Shown: in pieces, positions 49,823-60,416 of the stretch
Numbering within the stretch: the first letter of the stretch is position 1
How the letters are laid out: every line of letters starts with the position of its first letter
Assembly: GCA_040403495.1 (NCBI GenBank)
Contig: JBBAKM010000010.1
Span: 26,743-90,742 of the forward strand
Reading direction: 5' to 3'
Length of the DNA stretch: 64,000 bases
From: Bacteroidia bacterium
GTDB taxonomy: Bacteria > Bacteroidota > Bacteroidia > NS11-12g > UBA955
Program-made: the position numbers and the translations under genes
Notes under the pieces: generated by a model
The model's input: the letters and a program-made list of their open reading frames with translations, nothing else
The model's database searches: none
What the model was told of the DNA's origin: nothing

Positions 49823-51154
49823 ATGATTTCAGACGACCCTTATCCCATATTTTTTGTAATTCAATCGATTATTGATTTTCAATTAATTCAAGAATCTATT
49901 CCATCAATTGTTGGCTCTTTATTGTTAATCGTAGTTTTCTTAATCTTATCTGCGTTATTCTCTGCCTCTGAAAATGCACTTTTCTCTTTGTCTTCCAAAG
50001 ATATGGAAGAAATTAAAGATAACGATACGCCTTCCAATAAAGCAATAATAACGCTATTGCAAACTCCCAAAAAGCTTTTGGCAACGGTCCTCATCGCTAA
50101 TAATTTTGTAAACGTTTCTATGATTATTGTAAGCTCCAATTTAATAGATTCTGTTTTTGTGTTCAAAGATGAAAATGTTGAATTTGTAATTAAAGTGCTG
50201 ATGGTGACCTTTATATTGCTATTGTTTGGGGAGGTTATTCCCAAAATATACTCTATAAAAAAGAATCGCTTTATTTCCAAATTCATGGCGTTCCCTCTTA
50301 TTTTTCTAGGGAAGTTATTTTATATTATTATTGTTCCTTTACTCAAATTCTCTTCTATTATTGATAAAAGAGTTAAAATTCACGAACATACCGTTTCTGC
50401 TGATGAACTTACTCACGCTATTGATATTACTTCCGACTCAAAAACGGGGATGGAAGAAAAAGAAATTTTAAAAGGAATTGTTAATTTCGGGAATAAAACC
50501 GTTAGGCAAATTATGAAGGGAAGGGTTGATGTTTCTGCTCTGGATGTCAATATTTCTTTTAAGGAACTTCTTCAAAAAGTGAATGAATTAGGATACAGCC
50601 GATTCCCTATTTATGATGAGTCGTTTGATAATATTTGTGGTATTTTGTTTGTCAAAGAAATATTGCCACATATTAATGAGCCTGACCATTACGATTGGAA
50701 AAAAATATTAAAACCTCCTTTTTATGTGCCTGATACCAAGCGTATAGATGTGTTGCTCGAAGAGTTTCAAGAGGAACGCAATCACATGGCAATTGTAGTA
50801 GATGAATATGGAGGTAAACTAGGTATTGTTACCATGGAGGATATTTTAGAAGAGATTTTTGGAGAAATAAATGACGAATTTGATGATGATCAAGTCAATT
50901 ACAGTCGTTTGGATGCCAATACTTATGTCATTGAAGGTAAAATGTTAATCAATGACTTTTGTAAAATAATAGACATAGACAGTGAGTTTTTTGAAAAAGT
51001 AAAAGGAGATTCTGAGTCAGTTGCAGGAATGTTAATGGAAATAGCAGGAAGAATTCCACAACTCAATGAAACAATAATTTACCAAAATTTCAGTTTTATA
51101 GTCGAAGCGGTTGACAATAGAAGAATTAAACGTATAAAAGTAGTCATTAAATAA
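49823..51154 (+). CDS. gldE: Gliding motility-associated protein GldE (CNNM/CorC-HlyC family: DUF21 TM domain, CBS pair and CorC-HlyC domain)
   Basis: Domain architecture plus conserved ssb-gldE-gldD synteny of Flavobacterium. Confidence 0.7.
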   Translation: MISDDPYPIFFVIQSIIDFQLIQESIPSIVGSLLLIVVFLILSALFSASENALFSLSSKDMEEIKDNDTPSNKAIITLLQTPKKLLATVLIANNFVNVSMIIVSSNLIDSVFVFKDENVEFVIKVLMVTFILLLFGEVIPKIYSIKKNRFISKFMAFPLIFLGKLFYIIIVPLLKFSSIIDKRVKIHEHTVSADELTHAIDITSDSKTGMEEKEILKGIVNFGNKTVRQIMKGRVDVSALDVNISFKELLQKVNELGYSRFPIYDESFDNICGILFVKEILPHINEPDHYDWKKILKPPFYVPDTKRIDVLLEEFQEERNHMAIVVDEYGGKLGIVTMEDILEEIFGEINDEFDDDQVNYSRLDANTYVIEGKMLINDFCKIIDIDSEFFEKVKGDSESVAGMLMEIAGRIPQLNETIIYQNFSFIVEAVDNRRIKRIKVVIK

Positions 51155-51155
51155 A

Positions 51156-51752
51156 ATGTTAAAATGGTTCGCAATATTGAGTGTATGTTTCGTGATTTAT
51201 AGTTGCGATGATTCTGTTTTTTCACCCAAACCTCATGCATATCCAAGATTGTATTTGCCACAAAAACAGTATTTAACATTTGATACTACAGCGCCATTTT
51301 CATTTGTATATCCTTCTTATGCACAAGTTGTGCCTTACGAAAAAACTGAAACAGATTGGCATCCGCATTGGTATAATATTCACTATTTGCCTTTTAATGC
51401 AACCTTACATTTGAGTTATCTTAAGTTCAACAGCAGAGACGAGTTTAATGATTTATATGACGATACCAGAAAATTAGTTTACAAACACGACATAAGAGCC
51501 GAAGAAATAGAGGAAACGGAATTGTTTAAACCTCAGTCTAATATTTCGGGTGTTATTTATGAACTCAAAGGGAATACAGCTACAAATCTTAATTTTTATA
51601 TCAGCGACGGCAAACAACACTTTTTAAGAGGCGCGCTTTATTTCAATACTAAAACAGAAATTGATAGTATCGCTCCGGTAGTCGATTTTTTAAAACAAGA
51701 TATTGTTAAAATGATAGAATCTGCCAAGTGGAAAGATTCTAACTTGCAATAA
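51156..51752 (+). CDS. gldD: Gliding motility lipoprotein GldD (putative)
   Basis: Lipobox IYSCDDS. Size and position immediately after the gldE-like gene. Confidence 0.55.
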   Translation: MLKWFAILSVCFVIYSCDDSVFSPKPHAYPRLYLPQKQYLTFDTTAPFSFVYPSYAQVVPYEKTETDWHPHWYNIHYLPFNATLHLSYLKFNSRDEFNDLYDDTRKLVYKHDIRAEEIEETELFKPQSNISGVIYELKGNTATNLNFYISDGKQHFLRGALYFNTKTEIDSIAPVVDFLKQDIVKMIESAKWKDSNLQ

Positions 51753-51806
51753 ATTGTGTAAAAACTTTCTGTAATTTAGACTGAATTGGGTTATTTTTGC
51801 ACACAC

Positions 51807-53336
51807 ATGCAAACCCAATTAAAAACCATCAAAAGTGCACTTATTTCAGTTTATTACAAGGATAATTTAGAACCAATCATTCATTTATTAAACCAAATGG
51901 ATGTCACTATTTATTCTACAGGAGGCACCTTGAAGTTTATTAAGGATTTGGGGGTTAATGCAATAGCAGTTGAAGATTACACTGGTTTTCCTGAAATTTT
52001 AGATGGTCGTGTTAAAACTTTACATCCCAATATTTTCGGAGGAATTTTAGCCCGTCGTGACCAAGAGAAAGACCAAAAGGAATTGGCTCAACACCAAATT
52101 TCTCCTATCGATTTAGTAATTGTTGATTTGTATCCATTTGAAGAAACGCTTAAGAACACATCGAATGAAGCCGATATTATTGAGAAAATTGACATTGGTG
52201 GCATTTCTTTGATACGTGCAACGGCAAAGAATTTCAACGATACGCTTATTGTTTCTGACAGAAACCAATACCAAGCTTTAATCGATTTATTGACTGAGAA
52301 AAAAGGTGCAACAAGCATCGAGGATAGAAAACTATTTGCAACTAAAGCATTTATGACTTCCTCTCATTACGACACTGCTATTTTTAATTATTTCAATCAA
52401 ACAGCACAATTGCCTGTTTTTAAGCAAAGTATTCAAGACAGTAAAATATTGAGATATGGCGAAAACCCTCACCAATCTGCACGTTTTTATGGACCAATTG
52501 ACGAGTTATTTAAAATTCACAATGGGAAAGAATTGTCTTATAACAATATGGTGGATGTTGACGCTTCATTGAATTTAATTGCTGACTTTGAAGAATTAAC
52601 TTTCGCTATTATTAAACATACGAACTCATGTGGCTTGGCAAGTCGACCTACTGTAAAAGAGGCTTATCTAGCGGCCTTAGCGTGTGACTCAACATCTGCC
52701 TTCGGTGGTGTTTTAGCTTGTAATGCACAAATTGATGCCGATGCGGCAAATGAAATCAATCAATTGTTTTTTGAAGTAATATCAGCGCCTTCATACACCG
52801 AAGAAGCTTTAGAAATATTAAAATCTAAGAAAAATAGAATCATTCTTGAATTAAAGCAAATTCCAAAACCTAAGTCTATTTATAAAACCCTTTTAAATGG
52901 TGTTTTGGAACAAGATTATGACATGGTGCTTGACAAAGCGGCTGATTTTAAAGTAGTAACGAGCACAAAAGCAAATGACACTCAATTGTCTGATTTGGAG
53001 TTTGCCATAAAAGCAGTTAAACACTTAAAATCAAACGGAATTGCTTTGGTAAAAAACAAACAACTTATTGGAATGGGTTGCGGTCAAACATCAAGAGTGG
53101 ATGCTTTAGAGTCCGCAATAAAGAAAGCAAATGCTTTTGGTTTCGATTTACAAGGTGCTGTTATGGCCTCTGAAGCCTTTTTCCCATTCCCAGATTGTGT
53201 GAATATTTCTGCACAAGCGGGTATTAAAGCAATAGCACAACCCGGCGGAAGTATAAAGGACCAAGACAGCATAGATGAAGCTGAAAAGCACCAACAAGTT
53301 ATGGTGTTAACAGGGGTTAGACATTTTAAACATTAA
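51807..53336 (+). CDS. purH: Bifunctional AICAR formyltransferase/IMP cyclohydrolase
   Basis: KSALISVYYKDNL… MGS-like domain. AICARFT domain. C-terminal …MVLTGVRHFKH. Confidence 0.9.
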   Translation: MQTQLKTIKSALISVYYKDNLEPIIHLLNQMDVTIYSTGGTLKFIKDLGVNAIAVEDYTGFPEILDGRVKTLHPNIFGGILARRDQEKDQKELAQHQISPIDLVIVDLYPFEETLKNTSNEADIIEKIDIGGISLIRATAKNFNDTLIVSDRNQYQALIDLLTEKKGATSIEDRKLFATKAFMTSSHYDTAIFNYFNQTAQLPVFKQSIQDSKILRYGENPHQSARFYGPIDELFKIHNGKELSYNNMVDVDASLNLIADFEELTFAIIKHTNSCGLASRPTVKEAYLAALACDSTSAFGGVLACNAQIDADAANEINQLFFEVISAPSYTEEALEILKSKKNRIILELKQIPKPKSIYKTLLNGVLEQDYDMVLDKAADFKVVTSTKANDTQLSDLEFAIKAVKHLKSNGIALVKNKQLIGMGCGQTSRVDALESAIKKANAFGFDLQGAVMASEAFFPFPDCVNISAQAGIKAIAQPGGSIKDQDSIDEAEKHQQVMVLTGVRHFKH

Positions 53337-53393
53337 GGTTAAAGGGGGAAACCCTGCATTGCCATGTTTTGATCATAAAATAATAAACTTTGT

Positions 53394-54053
53394 ATGGATA
53401 TTCTTTTTCTTCATGGCGCGTTAGGATGTAAAAAACATTGGGAACCAACTGTTTCCCTTTTGAGTAACAACGCCAATATTCATGTGCTTGATTTTCCATC
53501 TCATGGTGATTCTTCTGTTATTATAAACGAACTACAATTAACAGATTTAGTTGATTTTGTTAGGAATTACATTCTTCAACATCAATTAAATAACGTTACA
53601 ATAGTTGGTTACAGTTTGGGAGGGTATGTTGCTCTCAAATTGGCTGAGGAGCATTTTCCCGGTTTGGAAAAGGTAATAACAATAGCAACCAAGTTGAGTT
53701 GGAACAAGGAGATTGCAAGTCAAGAAATTGAGCAACTAAGTAAATTAGAACACCTTATTCCCAAATTCGAAAAAGAACATGGTTCAAATGCTTTGAGCCT
53801 TATTAAAAATACAAGCACTATTTTATATTCAATTGGAGCATCTCCTTTAAAAAAGAGTGATTTTGATAATGTTAAAATTCCTATTAGCATGTTGGTGGGT
53901 GAAAATGATACGATGGTAACACAGGCAGAAATCGAGGAATTTATCAATGGAAATCCTTTTATGGCAAAAATAGTTTTGCCCGAACAGCCCCATTTGCTTC
54001 AAAAAATGAATGCTACGGTTTTATCACAGTCAATTCTAAATTGTCTTAAATAA
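53394..54053 (+). CDS. Alpha/beta-fold hydrolase
   Basis: GYSLGG nucleophile elbow. HG oxyanion motif. Confidence 0.65.
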   Translation: MDILFLHGALGCKKHWEPTVSLLSNNANIHVLDFPSHGDSSVIINELQLTDLVDFVRNYILQHQLNNVTIVGYSLGGYVALKLAEEHFPGLEKVITIATKLSWNKEIASQEIEQLSKLEHLIPKFEKEHGSNALSLIKNTSTILYSIGASPLKKSDFDNVKIPISMLVGENDTMVTQAEIEEFINGNPFMAKIVLPEQPHLLQKMNATVLSQSILNCLK

Positions 54054-54133
54054 TTTCGGTCATTTTTTTTAATTCCGAAAATGTTTAATATTGCACTTAT
54101 TAACCTATTTGTTTAATCAAAAAAATAAAATCA

Positions 54134-54733
54134 ATGAATAAGAAAATTGGAATTTTTATACTAAGTGTATTGTGCTTAGGGAATGTCTATTCACAAAAAC
54201 GCTTAACGCATATTGGGGTTGCATTTAACAACTATGTTACGGCAAAACCAATCTCTGGTTTTCCTAAATTATTTACCACTCAAATTCACCCCGGAATTAC
54301 AGTTTCAACAGGGTTTAATTGGAAAGAAAAAGAGAAATATCAACTCATGCAAACTTTTAAAGTTGGTATTTTTCACCACCGTTTTATTCAAACAGGGGTG
54401 CCATTGTATTCTGAATTTATGTACCGATATAAGCCAAGCTCCAAAATAGGACTGAGTGCAGGTTTAGGCGCGGGATACTTACACATGTTTCCGGGAGATG
54501 AACAGTTTCGTCAAAATGAAAGTGGTGGATGGGATGTTATAAAAATGAAATCAAGACCACAAGGAATGATTAGTTTGTCGTTAGGGATAGACTATCAAAT
54601 TACATCAGCAGGTAATAAGGCTTTTATCCGCTACCAAAATGTACTTCAAACGCCTTTCGTTCCGGGTTATGTTCCTCTATTACCATACAATGTTTTTCAT
54701 ATAGGTACCACTTTTCCTCTTGTTAAAAAATAA
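54134..54733 (+). CDS. Hypothetical secreted, probably outer-membrane protein
   Basis: Signal peptide. Beta-strand-rich. C-terminal F. Confidence 0.4.
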   Translation: MNKKIGIFILSVLCLGNVYSQKRLTHIGVAFNNYVTAKPISGFPKLFTTQIHPGITVSTGFNWKEKEKYQLMQTFKVGIFHHRFIQTGVPLYSEFMYRYKPSSKIGLSAGLGAGYLHMFPGDEQFRQNESGGWDVIKMKSRPQGMISLSLGIDYQITSAGNKAFIRYQNVLQTPFVPGYVPLLPYNVFHIGTTFPLVKK

Positions 54734-54750
54734 TTTAAAGCACTCTCACA

Positions 54751-55929
54751 ATGACTAATAAAATATTAATATTCACTATTCTTTTAGTAACTGCTATTGC
54801 TTGTAAAAAAGCAGAAGTAACTAAAAAATCTGAAGTTTGTAATTTGACTATTGCAGACAGTAGTGCATTGCATCCTAAACATCAGTTGTTTAGTTCAATT
54901 CTGAAAAAATATCAAGAAAAAGGATTGCCCGGAATAGCCGTTATGATAGAAGATGAAAATGGCGTTTGGATGGGTAGTGCTGGAAAAGCTGATTTAAAAG
55001 CTGGTACAGATTTTAAACCTTGTACTGTTGCTAAAGTTGCAAGTATTACTAAAATGATGTTTGCCGCTACGGTTATGCAGTTAAGAGAGCAAGGTAAAGT
55101 GAATTTGGATGACAAGATTTCGAAATGGTTGGATGCCGATATTATTAAAAATGTTGAAAATGCGGACCAAGCAACTATTCGTGACTTGCTACAACACAGT
55201 ACGGGAATATTTGACATCATTACTGATTCTGATTTTTACCTAGCCGTTTTAAACCAACCAAACAAAAAGTGGTCAGGAGAGGAATTGATCAAATTTGCCT
55301 ACAATAAACCTAAAACAATGGATTATCAAGCAAATGCTACAAAAGGATCTTACAGCAATACCAATACACTTTTGTTGTCAATGTGCATTGAATCTATAAC
55401 AGGTGTGGGGCATCATGAATACATGCGTCAATTGGTTATTAATAAGGTAGGTATGAATAATACTTATTATCAAAGTCACGATGAACTTCCTAGTCAAACG
55501 GCGCAAGGTTACTACGATTTGTATAACAATGGCACTATCGTTAATGTCTCAAATTTGGTGACAGGAAGCGGAAATGGATATGGCGGTATTTATAGCAATG
55601 TTATTGATCTGCATAAATTTATGAGAGCTCTCTTTATTGAAAAAACATTGGTTAATCAAGCCTCACTTGATATAATGACTACCTTTATTTCTGATGATGA
55701 TTTCAGTGAACTTGGTGTAGGTTTGTTGAGACAAGGTTATGGAATTCACAAAGGGGTAGGACACAGTGGGCGCGACCTTGGATACAGTGGAGGTGCGCAT
55801 TACTATCCAACAAAAAACAATAGAATTTTTGTCAATCTTGTTAATTATGGAACCAATGGTGAAACCAAATTAAGAACGGTGTTTTATGACATGCGTGATG
55901 AGTTTGCCAAAGAATTGACCAACTACTAA
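54751..55929 (+). CDS. Serine hydrolase, beta-lactamase/transpeptidase-like fold (class C-like)
   Basis: SITK (SxxK) active-site motif, YSN motif, lipoprotein signal (IACKK). Confidence 0.8.
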   Translation: MTNKILIFTILLVTAIACKKAEVTKKSEVCNLTIADSSALHPKHQLFSSILKKYQEKGLPGIAVMIEDENGVWMGSAGKADLKAGTDFKPCTVAKVASITKMMFAATVMQLREQGKVNLDDKISKWLDADIIKNVENADQATIRDLLQHSTGIFDIITDSDFYLAVLNQPNKKWSGEELIKFAYNKPKTMDYQANATKGSYSNTNTLLLSMCIESITGVGHHEYMRQLVINKVGMNNTYYQSHDELPSQTAQGYYDLYNNGTIVNVSNLVTGSGNGYGGIYSNVIDLHKFMRALFIEKTLVNQASLDIMTTFISDDDFSELGVGLLRQGYGIHKGVGHSGRDLGYSGGAHYYPTKNNRIFVNLVNYGTNGETKLRTVFYDMRDEFAKELTNY

Positions 55930-55934
55930 GCTTC

Positions 55935-56873
55935 ATGATACGTTATTCTTTGGATTTGGAGATTAACAAGTCCAAAAAGCAATTGAATTATAATGACTCA
56001 ATTCAGTTTTTAGGTTCTTGCTTCTCTGACCATATTGCGAAACAACTTAAGTTAGCTGGTTTTAAAGTTGCCGATTCAGTGAATGGCGTAGTCTTTAATC
56101 CAATCAGTTTGGCTGATCCCTTAATTAGGTTGATTCATCCGCAACCATATACTGAAGACTCCATTTGCTTTAATAACGGCTTGTATTTCAGCGATTTTCA
56201 TCATGGTGTTTTTGCTTCTTCAGATAAGGCCATTTTATTGAATGAAATTAATCGCAATCAGTCTGAATTTGAATCCAGATTGGCCCAATGCAAATTTCTC
56301 TTTATAACTTTTGGTTCTGCCTATGTTTACAAAAGAGTAGAAAATAATAGATTGGTTGCAAACTGCCACAAACAAGCGTCTAATTCGTTTAACAAAGAGT
56401 TGTTGACCGTCAATGAAATTGTTGACTTTTATAAGCCAATTCTTCACTATTTGGAAGAAAAGTTTCCTGAATTAAATGTGGTGTTTACGGTTTCTCCTGT
56501 CAAGCACTTAAGAGATGGTGTAATAGAAAATCAATGGAGTAAAGCAACCCTATTGTTGGCAATTCATCAGTTGATAAACAATGGTAATGTTACTTATTTC
56601 CCATCTTATGAGTTGTTAAATGATGATTTAAGAGATTACCGTTTTTACGAATCGGATGGGGCACACCCTAATCATTTGGCAATAGAATATATCTTCAGAA
56701 AATTCAAAAAGGTTTTTTTTGATGATATAACGGTTCAATACTTCGAAGAGGCAATAAAACTTTCAAAATTAAAAAGCCATATTCCTATTCACCAACAAGG
56801 AGAGGAGTATCAAAAATGGATTCTTAAAATAGAAGAAATGGAATCTGTTTTTAAAGCAAAATACCAATTATAA
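55935..56873 (+). CDS. GSCFA family protein
   Basis: N-terminal FLGSCFSDHI motif and SGNH-like fold markers (ESDGAHPN). Confidence 0.7.
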   Translation: MIRYSLDLEINKSKKQLNYNDSIQFLGSCFSDHIAKQLKLAGFKVADSVNGVVFNPISLADPLIRLIHPQPYTEDSICFNNGLYFSDFHHGVFASSDKAILLNEINRNQSEFESRLAQCKFLFITFGSAYVYKRVENNRLVANCHKQASNSFNKELLTVNEIVDFYKPILHYLEEKFPELNVVFTVSPVKHLRDGVIENQWSKATLLLAIHQLINNGNVTYFPSYELLNDDLRDYRFYESDGAHPNHLAIEYIFRKFKKVFFDDITVQYFEEAIKLSKLKSHIPIHQQGEEYQKWILKIEEMESVFKAKYQL

Positions 56874-57782
56874 AAGCTCGAAACTAAACGTGTGTTTAAT
56901 TTCTTTGCCATCTCTTAATTCAACAGAATATTTGCCTTTTTTGTATGCAGCGTCTTGCGTGTATTCTATTTTAATTTTTTGTTGAGTGCCATTAAAAGTA
57001 ATATCTTCCTCGTGAGTGAATACATCATCAATATTTGTAAGTTTACTATTGCTATTACTTAAGATGATTCCATCGGGATTTTTAATTCTAATAATGTATT
57101 TTTTGTTAATTGGTTGGTCGGTCAATTTATTGTTTAATAAATCAAAGGTAATCATCAGTCTCTCTACTTTTTTAGCTTTATAAATTGGCGTAAAAATTCC
57201 CTTTTTGTCATATTGCGGTTCTACTCTTATAGGTCCAACATTGGGTTGTGCGGCAATGTTTACTTTTTTGGAAAGAGTCGATTTGTCTTTTTCTAATTGA
57301 CTGATAGTAGATTCTTGTTCATTTAATTTGGCAAGATAAGCTTCGTTTTGAAGTAATAATGAATCAACGCGCGTTCTGAATGCTAAATTATTGTTCCTGA
57401 ATACAGCAATACTGTCCTTTAATGCTCTGTATGATTTACCTGAACCACCCTGACTGATGAGTGCACGTAATGAATTTATTTTTGACTCTTTTTCATTTAA
57501 TAACTGAAGTAAACTGTCATTTTCGCCTTGATATAACGAGATTTCTAAACGAAGGTTTGCTACTTTTTCTTGCTCAATTGCAAGTTCGTTGTACAAACTA
57601 TCTCTTAATAAATTTAAAGATTGTAAAGTGTCTATTTTTGATAAAGCAATGTTGGTTGAATGTTGCTCTTTGTTCCATAAAAAGATGTTAGAGCCAACAG
57701 AACCAAGCAATAATAATAAAAGTAAAACAATAGTTACGGTTTTGCCTTTTCCGGTTTTTTTTTCTTGTGCAGAATCGTCCAT
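56868..57782 (-). CDS. Hypothetical membrane-anchored coiled-coil protein
   Basis: N-terminal TM. Heptad-rich Q/L/E stretch. Confidence 0.45.
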   Translation of the reverse strand: MDDSAQEKKTGKGKTVTIVLLLLLLLGSVGSNIFLWNKEQHSTNIALSKIDTLQSLNLLRDSLYNELAIEQEKVANLRLEISLYQGENDSLLQLLNEKESKINSLRALISQGGSGKSYRALKDSIAVFRNNNLAFRTRVDSLLLQNEAYLAKLNEQESTISQLEKDKSTLSKKVNIAAQPNVGPIRVEPQYDKKGIFTPIYKAKKVERLMITFDLLNNKLTDQPINKKYIIRIKNPDGIILSNSNSKLTNIDDVFTHEEDITFNGTQQKIKIEYTQDAAYKKGKYSVELRDGKEIKHTFSFELL

Positions 57783-57783
57783 T

Positions 57784-59085
57784 TTATAATTGATTATTTT
57801 GCAGCAATATTAATAATTCTGAGGGACTTATGCTAACTCTACTTACTTTCAATCGTTTTTTAGTTAAAATTCCAGTCGGAAATTGTTCTATATATAACTT
57901 GTTATTGATTTTTTGGCTCGACTGTCCTATCATCCAATTAATTTGATTCCGTCTAATAAAAGTCCTTAATTCTTTAGGCGTTTCTCCATAGTTAAAAGTA
58001 ATTAAATTGATTTTGTCACTGTAGTTTAACTGAATGTTTCGGAGTATCGCTGTGTCTTTTTGAAAATTCTCTTGTTCAAATCTCCAAACATAAATATAGC
58101 TTGGTTTTTTCTTGAAATGGCGAATAGAGTAAGTCTTTTTTTCTTTATTGGCTGTTTGAAACTTGAATCGATTTATTTTTTTACCAATGGTCAGCTGTTT
58201 TGCAATTTTGGCATCATCATCTCTTTTTATTAAAATGGTATTTCCCAAAGGATGTATGTTTTGAATAATGTATTTCTTGCCTTTTCTTTCAAAGAAAGTG
58301 CTGCCATTTTTTTTGCTAATAGGAATAACAACATCTGGCAATTCATTTATTTTATATTCCCCTATAATGATATAATCGATGCCATGTTCATTGAAAATGC
58401 CATTGCAGTTTGCGTCTTTTATTCCTATTGTAAAACTGTCTTGTTCGGTCCAATAATCGCCTGCGATACAATTAATTCTTTGTTCTCTAAAACTGTAAAG
58501 TGTGCCTGCATAGACTTTGTCGGGACTATTTGTTTTGTAATAATCATCCAACATGCCAATGTATTTAGCATTAAAGTTTAATCCATAACGACTGATATTT
58601 ACAGTGTAGGTAGCATTGGCAACAGTAGGGTTGTTAAGGGTAATGTCTTTGTTGACAGTATAGCTGAAGAAAGTATCGGGCGCACCATCATCAGACAAGT
58701 CTAAATTATGGTTTTTATCCACCCAAATCAGTGCTGGTTTTTGTTTTCTTTGATTGTTGCCGATAACAGCCAAAGTATAGCCCGGCAAAGACTTGCGGTT
58801 GTTTAATCCTCCAAAATAAATAAACGCATAATTAGTGTCTTTCACTCCTTCCATGGAAGGGAGAATGAATGTAAATGATTTACTTTCGTTTTTGGTGTCA
58901 ACCCCAATATTAATGGGTTCAAGTATCGGTTGTCCTTTGTATTTGTAAACAGCAACTATCGATTGCATTTTTCTGCCTTTTTCATCTTCAATGTAACGGT
59001 TTAATTTGACCGTTTTTTCAGTTTGGGCAATCATGAATTGCTGACTGAAAAGAAGGAAAAAGGTTATAGCAAGATGCTTTACCAT
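57784..59085 (-). CDS. Hypothetical secreted protein
   Basis: Signal peptide. ORF only. Confidence 0.4.
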   Translation of the reverse strand: MVKHLAITFFLLFSQQFMIAQTEKTVKLNRYIEDEKGRKMQSIVAVYKYKGQPILEPINIGVDTKNESKSFTFILPSMEGVKDTNYAFIYFGGLNNRKSLPGYTLAVIGNNQRKQKPALIWVDKNHNLDLSDDGAPDTFFSYTVNKDITLNNPTVANATYTVNISRYGLNFNAKYIGMLDDYYKTNSPDKVYAGTLYSFREQRINCIAGDYWTEQDSFTIGIKDANCNGIFNEHGIDYIIIGEYKINELPDVVIPISKKNGSTFFERKGKKYIIQNIHPLGNTILIKRDDDAKIAKQLTIGKKINRFKFQTANKEKKTYSIRHFKKKPSYIYVWRFEQENFQKDTAILRNIQLNYSDKINLITFNYGETPKELRTFIRRNQINWMIGQSSQKINNKLYIEQFPTGILTKKRLKVSRVSISPSELLILLQNNQL

Positions 59086-59088
59086 TTA

Positions 59089-59793
59089 TTAATCTCTTCT
59101 ACCTAAGAACATCGAAATGAAATACAACAAGTTAGCCAAAGCTCCCATTGCAGCCACAACATAAGTCATCGCAGCCCATTTTAAAGCATCTTTTGAACCT
59201 TCGTATTCTGTTTGATTAACAATGCCTTTGTTTTGCATCCAAGCCAAAGCTCTTTTACTTGCATCAAACTCAACAGGAAGTGTAACTAAAGCAAAAGTAG
59301 TTAGGAATAAATTGGCAGCAATTAATATTAATAATAGAGTTACACCGAACTGATTGCCACTGTAAAACATAGCACCTGCCCCAAACATCATTAACATATT
59401 GGCAAACTGCATAACTCTAGCACTGATATTTACAACTGGAACGAGTTTACTTCTTAGTCCAATCCAAGCATAAGCTTCAGCATGTTGCACAGCGTGTCCA
59501 CACTCGTGAGCCGCAACTGCCGCTGCTGCTGCATTTCTTTGATGGTAAACAGATTCACTTAAGTTTACAGTTTTGTCGATTGGGTTATAGTGGTCGGTTA
59601 ATTGACCGTCAACTTGAACAATTTTTACATCACGAATGCCATGGTCGGCCAACATTTTGGCAGCAATTTCAGCACCACTCAAATTGTTTTGTAAACGCAA
59701 CTGTGAATAGTGTTCAAACTTAGATTTTAAACGGTTGCTAATAAATAAACTAACTAGCATGGTGATAACACCAATGATAAGAAATCCAAACAT
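59089..59793 (-). CDS. Membrane zinc metallopeptidase (YpfJ / Zn_peptidase_2-like, HExxH)
   Basis: HECGHAVQH motif flanked by TM helices. Confidence 0.7.
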   Translation of the reverse strand: MFGFLIIGVITMLVSLFISNRLKSKFEHYSQLRLQNNLSGAEIAAKMLADHGIRDVKIVQVDGQLTDHYNPIDKTVNLSESVYHQRNAAAAAVAAHECGHAVQHAEAYAWIGLRSKLVPVVNISARVMQFANMLMMFGAGAMFYSGNQFGVTLLLILIAANLFLTTFALVTLPVEFDASKRALAWMQNKGIVNQTEYEGSKDALKWAAMTYVVAAMGALANLLYFISMFLGRRD

Positions 59794-59803
59794 AATATAT
59801 TTT

Positions 59804-60025
59804 TTATTTAATTATTTTCATTACAACAATAACCATACCTATTAAGAACATTATGATGGAAATTCGATTAATGCCGTGCATCATCTTTAAATAACTCATG
59901 TTCTTAAATGACGTTTCGTCAGAAATGTTATTAGTTCCGTTCAAATTGTCATTATTTTGAGTCTCTTTGTTGAATTCAGGTTGTTTTTTGAAGCTCAAAT
60001 AGCTCAATAATTTTTGTATAATCAT
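59804..60025 (-). CDS. Hypothetical small membrane protein
   Basis: ORF with a C-terminal TM segment. Confidence 0.3.
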   Translation of the reverse strand: MIIQKLLSYLSFKKQPEFNKETQNNDNLNGTNNISDETSFKNMSYLKMMHGINRISIIMFLIGMVIVVMKIIK

Positions 60026-60030
60026 TTTAT

Positions 60031-60411
60031 TTACTGTAATGGTGGATAGATGATTTTGTCTTTAACAACAATAGCCATCGGGAATTTGGTCTTAATTTGA
60101 TTGAAGAGTGACATACATTCAAATTTAGTTTTATACAATCCAACATATACTTTAAAATTGGGCTCATCCCACACTACTTCGCTAAAAGCATTGTGTTCCA
60201 TATCGAATTTGTTTTTAATAGCCTCTGCTTTGTTTCTGTTATCGCCACTGAAAATTAAAATATGGTATCCTTCAATTTTGGTGTCAGGGTTTTTTCTTTT
60301 CGCAATTCGGCTTTTCAAACTCCAATCAAGTTCTGCTGGTTTGTTTACTGTAATTTGTGCTTGTAAACTCTGTACAGTAATAAACAATAAGATTATAATT
60401 AAGTTTTTCAT
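60031..60411 (-). CDS. SPOR-domain protein (putative)
   Basis: Signal peptide plus a C-terminal roughly 75-aa alpha/beta domain (HILIFSGDNRNKAE…VYVGLY). Confidence 0.5.
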   Translation of the reverse strand: MKNLIIILLFITVQSLQAQITVNKPAELDWSLKSRIAKRKNPDTKIEGYHILIFSGDNRNKAEAIKNKFDMEHNAFSEVVWDEPNFKVYVGLYKTKFECMSLFNQIKTKFPMAIVVKDKIIYPPLQ

Positions 60412-60416
60412 TTGAA